60,242 nucleotides of DNA from an uncultured Candidatus Saccharibacteria bacterium (GTDB lineage Bacteria > Patescibacteriota > Minisyncoccia > Minisyncoccales > CG1-02-41-26): contig CAYLHU010000001.1 in assembly GCA_964383715.1 (NCBI GenBank), positions 17,733 through 77,974 on the forward strand, given 5' to 3'. The notes under the pieces are model-generated. The model saw only the letters and a list, made by a program, of their open reading frames with translations. It did no database searches and was not told the DNA's origin. The position numbers were made by a program, and so were the translations under genes. Below, piece by piece: positions 17,491 through 25,639 of the stretch (positions are counted from its first letter, which is position 1; every line of letters begins with the position of its first letter).

Positions 17491-17728
17491 TTAGGAAGTG
17501 AATAAGTGGATAAGTGGGGGCGATGAAGGAGTACCTTCATCTTGACTCGCTCACTTCGTGGGCTCGTAAGTGAACAAGTGGGTAAGTGGGTAAGTGAAGG
17601 CGATGAATACTCCGCATTCATCTTGACCCGCCCACTTCGTGGGCTCACGGGCGATGAATGTTTCGCATTCATCTTGACTCAACCCTTTGGGTTTCGTAAG
17701 TGAACAAGTGAGCACTTGAGCACTTAAA
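17491..17728. repeat. Hairpin-element array, right flank of tRNA-Gln
   Basis: Three units of gcgatgaNNN-loop-NNNtcatcttgac, each followed by a gcccacttcgtgggc-type UUCG hairpin. aagtg-rich words lie between them. Confidence 0.85.
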
Positions 17729-18844
17729 TTACTTAAGCACTTCCTCTCCGCAGATTTCTATCACGGCTAATTCTAAGGGTAATTGAGGAATGGCGGCATA
17801 TTTTGTTTTTTGATTGGCCAAGCTAAGTTTCTCCAAAATTTCTCGGACTTCTATTTCCGAAAACTTGCCGAATAAATCAATAAGATATTTTCTTTCTTCA
17901 GCGCTTAAAGTCAAAGAAAATTGGTCTTTAAATTCAGGAGCTATCCGAAGGACAAGAACTTCCCTAAAATAATAAACTAAGGTTCTACTAAACTCCTCAA
18001 GGTCAACACCTTGAATTATGAGATTATTGAGAAATTCTATGGTTTCTTTAACTTTCTTTTTGGCTAAATATTCTAAAAATTGAAAAATTGTTTTTTTATT
18101 CGCCAATCCGGTTAATTGTTCAACTAAATCTTTTTTGACTACCCTATCTTCCCCGGAAAAACTGATTATTTGGTCAAGCAGGGTTTCGGCGTCTCGCATT
18201 GAACCGCCGGAAGAAAAAGCGATTAAGTTTAGAGCTTCGGGCTCAAACTTCACCTTCTCTTTTTCCAAGACCCTTTCTAATTTACCAACAATCTCTTCAG
18301 GTTTCAGTCGGCGAAAATCAAATCTTTGACAACGGGAAATAACAGTCGCTATCATTTTTTGAGGTTCGGTGGTGGCAAAAATAAAAATGGCATGAGAAGG
18401 CGGTTCCTCTAATGTTTTTAAGAGAGCATTATTAGCCGATTTGGATAATTGATGGCATTCGTCAATTATAAAGACCTTATATTTTGATTTCACGGGCAAA
18501 AAACCAATCCCCTCCTTTAGGTCCCTAATGTCGTCTACGCCGGTATTTGTTCCGGCATCTATTTCAATTAAATCCATCGCGTTACCTCGATTAATTTCCG
18601 AACAGGAAGAACATTCATTACAGGGTTCATATTCTCCCTTTTTCCGATTCTGGCAATTTGCGGACTTAGCCAAAAGCCGGGAAATTGTTGTTTTCCCCGA
18701 ACCCTTTGGCCCAGCAAAAAGATAGGCGTGGGAAATATCGTCTAAGGAAACGGCATTGGTCAATGTTCTGACAATATGCTCCTGCCCTATTACCTCTTTG
18801 AAGAATTTTGGGCGGTATTTTCTGTAAAGCGCTAAGTTTTTCAT
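17729..18844 (-). CDS. dnaX: DNA polymerase III subunit gamma/tau (short form)
   Basis: YRPKFF, GPKGSGKTT, a zinc module CxxC...CxxC, DECHQL and SRCQRF. The likely start is MKNLALYRKYRP at 18844. Confidence 0.9.
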   Translation of the reverse strand: MKNLALYRKYRPKFFKEVIGQEHIVRTLTNAVSLDDISHAYLFAGPKGSGKTTISRLLAKSANCQNRKKGEYEPCNECSSCSEINRGNAMDLIEIDAGTNTGVDDIRDLKEGIGFLPVKSKYKVFIIDECHQLSKSANNALLKTLEEPPSHAIFIFATTEPQKMIATVISRCQRFDFRRLKPEEIVGKLERVLEKEKVKFEPEALNLIAFSSGGSMRDAETLLDQIISFSGEDRVVKKDLVEQLTGLANKKTIFQFLEYLAKKKVKETIEFLNNLIIQGVDLEEFSRTLVYYFREVLVLRIAPEFKDQFSLTLSAEERKYLIDLFGKFSEIEVREILEKLSLANQKTKYAAIPQLPLELAVIEICGEEVLK

Positions 18845-18961
18845 TGGCTTGATTTTATCATAGATTATTCCAATCTTCAACGATTATCAATCAGGGCTGA
18901 AATAATTGGCAATCCATTGCTATTTTATAGATAAAATTTTCATAGGCCTGTCCTTTGTAAA

Positions 18962-19100
18962 TTAAAAAAGGAGCTTAGCTCCTTAAAAATTAAAGTAAAG
19001 AAAAAGAGAGGAAGAGATACGGCGAAGCGATGAGCTGGCTGATTCTTGTCTTCCTCCCTTATAACTCCCATGATGGGAGTATGGAACCAGAGGCGAAACC
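18962..19100 (-). ncRNA. Candidate small RNA upstream of dnaX (identity unknown; a divergent SRP RNA was considered)
   Basis: Minus-strand TTGACA (19129-19134), a 16-nt spacer and TATAAT (19107-19112). About 140 nt downstream lies the intrinsic terminator aaggagc-taa-gctcctt plus a T-run (18964-18984). Internal hairpins are ACUCCC-AUCAU-GGGAGU and GGGAGGAAGA...UCUUCCUCUC. Confidence 0.45.
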
Positions 19101-19142
19101 ACTATCATTATAATCTTATCATAAAACTTGTCAAGGTCTAAA

Positions 19143-19176
19143 AATGACGGGGTCAGACCCCGTCATTTATTTTGAA
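19143..19176. terminator. Bidirectional hairpin (atgacggggtcagaccccgtcat) flanked by A- and T-runs
   Basis: Perfect 10-bp stem. It belongs to a recurrent family (28300, 28410, 45155, 45465, 46005, 47695). Confidence 0.6.
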
Positions 19177-19223
19177 AAAGTCCAGTTGTTGAAAACTTAA
19201 ACAGATTGGGTTAAGATGGGTTA

Positions 19224-20666
19224 ATGTTGAAGATATACAATAGTTTGAGCCGTCGGGAAGAGGTCTTTCAGCCGAGAAAAGACAAAAAAGTCCAGATTTT
19301 TGTTTGCGGTCCGACGGTCTATGATTTTTCCCATTTAGGACACGCCCGAACTTATATTTTTTACGACAATTTCGTTAATTATTTGAAATATCAGGGGTAT
19401 AAAGTTGTTTATATTCAGAATATCACCGACATTGACGATAAAATTATTCAACGAGCCAAAACGGAGAAAAAAGATTGGCGGGACATTGCCAGAAAATACG
19501 AGAAAGGATATTTGAAAGATATGAAAGCGTTGAAAATTGAAAATGTCTCCAAATACGCCCGGGCGACTGAAAATATTAAAGAAATTAAGAGCCAAGTTAA
19601 ACGGCTTTTAGAAAAAGGGGTTGCTTACCAAACCAAAGACGGCATTTATTACGATATTAAAAAGTTTTCCGATTACGGAAAATTATCTCGAAGAACCGTT
19701 GAACAGGCGGAAGACGCCGTCTCTCGGGTAGATATGGCCGAAGGGAAAAGAAATAAAGGGGATTTTTGCCTTTGGAAATATACCAATAACCTAAACTCGT
19801 TCACGGCTCACTCTATAAGAAAAGGCAGATACGAATATGAACCTGCTTGGCAGAGTCCTTGGGGGTGGGGACGGCCGGGCTGGCATATTGAGGATACGGC
19901 TATTGCTGAAAAATATTTTGGATTTCAGTATGATATTCACGGCGGAGCCAGAGAGCTGATATTCCCCCACCACGAAGCCGAGATTGCCCAAATGGAAGCT
20001 CTTTCTGGGAAAAAACCGATGGTTAGATATTGGGTCCATAGCGGACTTTTAACGGTTGACGGGCAAAAGATGGCGAAGTCGTTGGGAAATTTTAAAACTA
20101 TCGGGGATTTTCTCAAAAAACATAGTCCTTGGGTTTTAAGATTTATCACTTTTTCTTCCCGTTATAACTCCCCTCTTGATTATTCGGAAAAAACAGCCGA
20201 GGAAGCCGAAGAAAACTTAAAAAAAATAAAAGAGTTTTTAATTCGCCTAAGGGGAGTAAGAAATAAAATTAAAAAAGAGAACAGAGGTTTTATCGTTTCT
20301 TTTGAGAAAAAGGTTTTTGAGGGGTTAGAAAACGATTTTAATACTCCTTGGGTCAAGGCCCTTATTTTCAGTTTTATTTCCGAAACAAACAGGAAAATAG
20401 ACCAAAACAACATCTCTCGTAAAGAGTCACAAGAAATAATCAAAGTATTCAGGAATATAAACAAAATTTTCAAATTATTAGATTTTCGAGAAATTAAAAA
20501 AGAAGAAAAATTGCCCAAAGGAGTGAAAAAATTAGTTCAGTTGCGAGAAAAATATCGGAAACAAAAAAAATGGCAAAAAGCCGATGAAATCCGGGAGGAA
20601 ATTGGAAAACTCGGTTATAAAATTGATGATACCGAAGCAAAACCGAAAGTGAGCGAATGTAAATAA
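19224..20666 (+). CDS. cysS: Cysteine--tRNA ligase
   Basis: HLGHARTY (HIGH), GRPGWHIE and KMAKSLGN (KMSKS). Confidence 0.92.
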   Translation: MLKIYNSLSRREEVFQPRKDKKVQIFVCGPTVYDFSHLGHARTYIFYDNFVNYLKYQGYKVVYIQNITDIDDKIIQRAKTEKKDWRDIARKYEKGYLKDMKALKIENVSKYARATENIKEIKSQVKRLLEKGVAYQTKDGIYYDIKKFSDYGKLSRRTVEQAEDAVSRVDMAEGKRNKGDFCLWKYTNNLNSFTAHSIRKGRYEYEPAWQSPWGWGRPGWHIEDTAIAEKYFGFQYDIHGGARELIFPHHEAEIAQMEALSGKKPMVRYWVHSGLLTVDGQKMAKSLGNFKTIGDFLKKHSPWVLRFITFSSRYNSPLDYSEKTAEEAEENLKKIKEFLIRLRGVRNKIKKENRGFIVSFEKKVFEGLENDFNTPWVKALIFSFISETNRKIDQNNISRKESQEIIKVFRNINKIFKLLDFREIKKEEKLPKGVKKLVQLREKYRKQKKWQKADEIREEIGKLGYKIDDTEAKPKVSECK

Positions 20667-20729
20667 CCAAAAAATTGGCTTTGAGCAGGAACTTGTAAAA
20701 TCGCAATAAAAAGCTATAATAAAATCCAT

Positions 20730-22103
20730 ATGACAGCCAACAACTCTAATGACTTTAGCCAATTGACGAATAAAATTCCTCCTCAAAACATTGATGCCGA
20801 AAAGTGTCTTTTAGGGGCTTTGATGATTGACGCTAAAGCCATCTTAAAAGTAGTTGATTTTTTAAATCCGGAGGATTTTTATAAACAATCCCATCAGAAA
20901 ATCTATCAATCAATAATAGACCTTTTTTCCAAAAGAGAAGCGGTTGATATTTTGAGCTTGTCCAATAGATTAAAAGAAAAAAAAGAAATTGAAGATATCG
21001 GAGGAGCGGCTTATTTGAGCTCTTTAGTCAATCTTGTTCCTACAGCCAGTCATATTTTAGAATATGCCAAGATAGTTCAGCAAAAAAGGGTTTTAAGAAA
21101 TCTAATTTCGGTGAGCCAAGACATAGACCAAATGGGTTATGACGAAGAAGAAGATGTCGATATTCTCTTAGACCGAGCCGAAAAAAAAGTTTTTAGCATC
21201 GCCCAAAAGTCCTTAAGCCAGAAATTTATTTTAGTGAAAGACATTTTAGAGGACACATTCAAAAGAATTGACGAACTTTCTAAGCACCATGGAGAATTAA
21301 GAGGAGTTCCGACCGGGTTTAACGATTTGGATAATATTTTGGCCGGTCTCCAAAAATCTGACTTGATAGTTTTAGCCGCCCGCCCCAGTATTGGAAAATC
21401 GGCTTTGGCGATTGATATTGCCCGTAATGTTGCTTGTAATTATAAGATACCGGTGGGGATTTTTAGCCTAGAGATGTCCAGAGACCAAATTATTGACAGA
21501 TTAATCGCTTCTCAATCAGATGTTGACTTGTGGAAACTAAGGACTGGCCGTCTTTCCGACCAGGGGGAAAATAACGATTTTCAAAGAATCCAACAGGCGA
21601 TGGGGGTTTTATCAGAAGCGCCAATTTATATTGATGACGCGGCTGGAACAGATATACTCCAAATGAGAGCTATGGCCCGAAGATTACAGATGGACAAAGG
21701 ATTAGGCCTTTTAATTGTGGATTATTTACAATTAATGGATTCAAGGAATTCAAATTTCAGTATGGTTCAGCAAGTGACTGAAAACTCAAAGGCCTTGAAA
21801 GGGTTGGCGAAGGAACTCAATGTCCCAGTTTTAGTTCTTTCTCAATTATCAAGAGCGGTGGAACAGAGAATCCCCCAAATACCAAGATTGGCTGACCTTC
21901 GCGAATCGGGAGCAATTGAACAGGATAGCGATGTGGTTTTGTTTATATATAGAGAAGACCGTTATAAACCGGAAACGGACAGAAAACATATTGCCGATAT
22001 TATAATTGCCAAACACCGCAATGGCCCTATCGGGAAAGTTGAACTTTATTTTGACGAACCCCGGGTGAGTTTCCGAAACTTAGAAAAGGGTTATCAGGAC
22101 TAA
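20730..22103 (+). CDS. dnaB: Replicative DNA helicase DnaB
   Basis: PPQNIDAEKCLLGALM N-terminus, Walker A ARPSIGKSA, IVDYLQLM and RESGAIEQDSD. Confidence 0.92.
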   Translation: MTANNSNDFSQLTNKIPPQNIDAEKCLLGALMIDAKAILKVVDFLNPEDFYKQSHQKIYQSIIDLFSKREAVDILSLSNRLKEKKEIEDIGGAAYLSSLVNLVPTASHILEYAKIVQQKRVLRNLISVSQDIDQMGYDEEEDVDILLDRAEKKVFSIAQKSLSQKFILVKDILEDTFKRIDELSKHHGELRGVPTGFNDLDNILAGLQKSDLIVLAARPSIGKSALAIDIARNVACNYKIPVGIFSLEMSRDQIIDRLIASQSDVDLWKLRTGRLSDQGENNDFQRIQQAMGVLSEAPIYIDDAAGTDILQMRAMARRLQMDKGLGLLIVDYLQLMDSRNSNFSMVQQVTENSKALKGLAKELNVPVLVLSQLSRAVEQRIPQIPRLADLRESGAIEQDSDVVLFIYREDRYKPETDRKHIADIIIAKHRNGPIGKVELYFDEPRVSFRNLEKGYQD

Positions 22104-22127
22104 AAAATTTTATATTTTCAATCTATC

Positions 22128-22162
22128 AAAAAACAGGTGGCGATTGCCATCTGTTTTTTTGT
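22128..22162 (+). terminator. Intrinsic terminator downstream of dnaB
   Basis: caggtggc-gatt-gccatctg stem followed by a T7 run. Confidence 0.65.
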
Positions 22163-22207
22163 TATTTCTCCGAGAAGATTTTTCAATTAGTACTTCTTGT
22201 CTTTAGA

Positions 22208-22456
22208 TTATTTATAATGGTTATTTATATCAATTATTTCTATTGTGTTTTTTCTGCGAAAAATAAAAATAGCTCGATATTTTCCATTAATCCTGAAACT
22301 CCAAATTCGCATTTTTCTCGGTTCAAGGAGCTCTATTTGTAAACTTGAGTAGAAAGGATTCTTTTCGAAAAATTTTTCTTGTTTTTCAAATTTTGCTTCA
22401 AGTTTGTGTTTCTTGAGATATTCCCTAATTCCTGAATGGAGAGGAAGGATTTTCAT
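22208..22456 (-). CDS. RelE/ParE-superfamily toxin
   Basis: 82 aa with IWSFRINGKYRAIFIF...IEIIDINNHY, which fits the RelE/ParE fold pattern. Overlaps the upstream small ORF by 1 nt. Confidence 0.6.
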   Translation of the reverse strand: MKILPLHSGIREYLKKHKLEAKFEKQEKFFEKNPFYSSLQIELLEPRKMRIWSFRINGKYRAIFIFRRKNTIEIIDINNHYK

Positions 22457-22680
22457 TATTTTTTAAAATAAGAAGAGTTTTTTAAACCGTATTCTAAACT
22501 CTTAAGAAATTTTTCATTATAGAGATTTGTTTTCTTAAACTCTTTAATTATTTTTTCTACATCACGGATTAAAGGCGAAGCAAAAATATCTTCCTCCATT
22601 ATTTGGCGAAGATACTCATAGCGAAAGGCCTTGTCAACTAATCTTTGGTATTCTTTTTTAGGAATAGTTATAGCGCTCAT
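22456..22680 (-). CDS. Putative cognate antitoxin
   Basis: 74-aa ORF translationally coupled to the toxin ORF. No family assigned. Confidence 0.5.
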   Translation of the reverse strand: MSAITIPKKEYQRLVDKAFRYEYLRQIMEEDIFASPLIRDVEKIIKEFKKTNLYNEKFLKSLEYGLKNSSYFKK

Positions 22681-22697
22681 ATAATTTTATTATAATA

Positions 22698-23006
22698 TTA
22701 TATTTTTGTTATTTCTATTTCAGTGTAAAGTTGACGGTGGCCCTTTTTCACTCGGTAACGTTTTTTAGCTTTATATTTAAGAATAGTTTTTTTATCTCCC
22801 TTCCCCTGTTCTAAAACCTTGGCTTTCACCTTTGCGTTTTTAATGAAAGGGTATCCTATTTTCAATTTCCCTTCTTTTTCAATCAATAAAACCTCCTCAA
22901 AGGAAACTTCTTCTCCTGCTTTTTTATTAATTTTTTCAATTTTAATTTTATCTTTCGGAGAAACTAAGTATTGTTTTCCCCCTGTTTTAATTATAGCTAA
23001 ATTCAT
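22698..23006 (-). CDS. rplU: 50S ribosomal protein L21
   Basis: AIIKTGGKQYLVSPKDKIKIEKI ... GHRQLYTEIEI. Confidence 0.9.
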   Translation of the reverse strand: MNLAIIKTGGKQYLVSPKDKIKIEKINKKAGEEVSFEEVLLIEKEGKLKIGYPFIKNAKVKAKVLEQGKGDKKTILKYKAKKRYRVKKGHRQLYTEIEITKI

Positions 23007-23082
23007 AATTTTTAATTATTTTTTATTTTCTTATATTTTTTAGACCAATAATTTTCTTGCGTTATATTTTCTATGTTTTGAG

Positions 23083-24132
23083 TTATACGACTTCCGGTTT
23101 TTCTATTTGTAACGGCTCAATTTTCTTTTCACCGTTAGTTATTTTGACTACATCTTTATCAATTTTTCCCAGCTCTCTATAAGCAATATTATAGCCGTTG
23201 CAAGTGGTTGTCAAATGACCACCGAGTTTTTTCATATATTCATCAAATCCCGCCAGATGACGGCCCAACCTTTCTACCCCCTCGCGAATTTTAACGGCTG
23301 AATCTTCTATTTGGAACGCCCTCAATCCCTGTAAAATGGTTTGGAGATAAGCGTAAAAGGTATTGGGAGAAACTATATGAACATGTTTATTTTTCGTGGC
23401 ATACTCAATCAAGTCACGGGTGTTGGATTTAATGGCTCCAATGTTATTGACCAATAAATCATAATAAATAGCTTCGGCAGGAATAAACATAAGAGCGAAG
23501 TCCAAAGTATTTTCTTGGGGTTTGATGTATTTTGCTGTTTCGTCTATTCTATTTTTTAAGTCCTGCTTAAATGATTTTTCTAAACCTTCTCGTCTAACAG
23601 GGTCTTTTTCTTTAATAATTCTGTTGTAGTTTTCCAGAGAAAACTTGGAATCAATGGGAATAATTTTATCTTTAATGAAAATTACAGCGTCCACTATTTC
23701 TCCATCACTAAACTTGTATTGTAATTGATATTGGCTTGGGCTAAAAACATTCTTTAATAATTCTTCAAGATAATACTCTCCCAAGATGCCTCTCTGTTTC
23801 GGATTTTTCAAAATGTTCTCTAATGACTGGAGTTGTTCGGCAAACCCCATTACTTGTTTATTGGTATTATCAAGTTCAGTGAGCCGACTGGTAACATCTT
23901 GGACAATTTTGCTACTTTCTTTCAGTTGTCCTTCTAAGGACTCCATATTTTTTTCTCGGCTTTCTTTTATTTCATCACGAATTTCTTTTAGGTCTTGTTT
24001 AATCAGTCCAAAAGCCGAGTCCTTCTCTCCCCCTCTTAATTTTTGGGACTCTTTTTTAATATAAACAATGGAAAATACAATTGCCACCAAAACAATCAAA
24101 AAAATAATTAAAATAAAAGTAAAATCTGACAT
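23083..24132 (-). CDS. rmuC: DNA recombination protein RmuC
   Basis: N-terminal TM helix, a coiled coil, then GILGEYYLEELL and MFIPAEAIYYDL. Confidence 0.85.
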   Translation of the reverse strand: MSDFTFILIIFLIVLVAIVFSIVYIKKESQKLRGGEKDSAFGLIKQDLKEIRDEIKESREKNMESLEGQLKESSKIVQDVTSRLTELDNTNKQVMGFAEQLQSLENILKNPKQRGILGEYYLEELLKNVFSPSQYQLQYKFSDGEIVDAVIFIKDKIIPIDSKFSLENYNRIIKEKDPVRREGLEKSFKQDLKNRIDETAKYIKPQENTLDFALMFIPAEAIYYDLLVNNIGAIKSNTRDLIEYATKNKHVHIVSPNTFYAYLQTILQGLRAFQIEDSAVKIREGVERLGRHLAGFDEYMKKLGGHLTTTCNGYNIAYRELGKIDKDVVKITNGEKKIEPLQIEKPEVV

Positions 24133-24348
24133 AAGTGAAGATTCATCTCTATAAACTTTAATTATTTTAGCACCCTAAAATAAAAAAAGCAATGAATTGA
24201 AAACAAATCTATAAACGAGACCCGGACTTGTTGGTAGATTTGGTCCGTTGACATCTGATGTCAACAGACACAAATCTATCAATAAGTTCTATCAATAAGT
24301 TCTATTAATAAATTCCATTAATAGACTGGGGCTCGTTGACAAACTTTG

Positions 24349-24384
24349 CTTATAAACGACCCACGATCGTGGGTCGTTTATAAG
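24349..24384. repeat. Perfect 36-nt palindrome centred on CGATCG
   Basis: cttataaacgacccacga|tcgtgggtcgtttataag. I checked base by base that the two halves are exact reverse complements. Confidence 0.9.
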
Positions 24385-24601
24385 TAAAATTGAAAGGTTT
24401 AATAATAGTAATATCATGATAATGGTCGGAGTACTGATTATCTTAAAATAATGAGAAACGAAAGGGGCTACAAAATAAATTGTGGCCCCTACATAAATGA
24501 TTAAAATATTCCTCCCATTTTCTTAATAGCCAAATTTCCAAGAGAGCTGTGGTCGGGAGTTCTTTGTCAGACCTCTAACCATTTTATTTTGTAAATTTTT
24601 A

Positions 24602-25555
24602 TTATATCAATATCTGGATAAGAGCAAAAATAAAATAAATAGATATTAGAATATAGGCCTCTCTTTTGTTTATCTCATTGTGAGTTCGGGCAAAAAAGGA
24701 GAAAGCTACAGCTACTATGAAAGTAAACAAAATCCCAACAATATAAGGAGAAAAATTGATTATTTTCAAAGGGGAAATTAGAGCGACTATACCCAATATC
24801 AAAGTTGAGTTAATAATTATTGTCCCAATAAAGTTTCCTAAAACCATTTCTTTATGTTTCATTTTTGCCGCTCTTATGCCAAAGGTAAGCTCCGGGAGGG
24901 TGGTTCCGATAGCGAGGAAGAAGATGCCGGCTGTCACTAAAGGCAAGTTGATTTTTACGGCCAAAAAATTAATTGTTCTTACCACGGTTTCGGCTGAAAG
25001 TAGAAGAAGAGCCAAAGAAGCAAAAAAAGTTCCTAAATCCTTTAATAAAAATTTAAGCTCCCCTACTCTTTCAGGCGAATTTTTAAGGAAAGTTTTACTG
25101 AATCTCTCTTTTTTTGAAATAATTTGACGGAAATAAAACCCCAAAGCTAAAAGAAGAACTATCCCGTCAAAGCGGGATAGGGTTCCGTCCAATATTAAAA
25201 GTAGGGGCAAAGAGACAAAGAAAGTAGCATAGAATAAACTTGATTTAGCCGCTTTGCTTTCTATTTTTAATCCCTTTAACAAAAGAGCCGCTATGCCTAT
25301 CCCCAATGTGAGGTTGATGATATTGGCTCCGATAATATTGCCAAAACTTAGTTGGGGCAATTTATGGAAAGCCGAACTTAGTCCGATAAACAATTCCGGC
25401 AAAGAAGATGTTATGGCTAATAAGCAAAAAGAGACCAAAAACTCGCCCCATCTTAATGTTCGGGCTATTTTAGTTAAGGATTTTACCAACCATGTCCCTG
25501 ATTTTATAAGCAGGAAACAGGATAGTATCAAAATTAAAATATAGAACCAGATCAT
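24602..25555 (-). CDS. Ca2+/Na+ antiporter (CaCA family, YrbG-like)
   Basis: Two alpha-repeats (GNIIGANIINLTLGIG and GNFIGTIIINSTLILG) in a polytopic membrane protein. Confidence 0.85.
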   Translation of the reverse strand: MIWFYILILILSCFLLIKSGTWLVKSLTKIARTLRWGEFLVSFCLLAITSSLPELFIGLSSAFHKLPQLSFGNIIGANIINLTLGIGIAALLLKGLKIESKAAKSSLFYATFFVSLPLLLILDGTLSRFDGIVLLLALGFYFRQIISKKERFSKTFLKNSPERVGELKFLLKDLGTFFASLALLLLSAETVVRTINFLAVKINLPLVTAGIFFLAIGTTLPELTFGIRAAKMKHKEMVLGNFIGTIIINSTLILGIVALISPLKIINFSPYIVGILFTFIVAVAFSFFARTHNEINKREAYILISIYFIFALIQILI

Positions 25556-25639
25556 ATAAATTTTTAATTATTCTAATTGCCCTAATTATTCACCGAGTTT
25601 CCACTATGTGAAAACTTGGTGGATAATTAGGTTAATTTT

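Noticed and set aside
17172-17672. 166-aa ORF spanning the tRNA-Gln region
   Set aside because: It is the hairpin array and the tRNA read as protein. The sequence is repetitive (SPRSGRVKMN... repeated) and overlaps a well-folded tRNA.
18962-19100. Confident call of SRP (4.5S) RNA
   Set aside because: Synteny with dnaX and a few words fit. I could not fold a GNRA-capped helix 8 with the conserved symmetric and asymmetric loops, so it is kept only as an unnamed ncRNA candidate.
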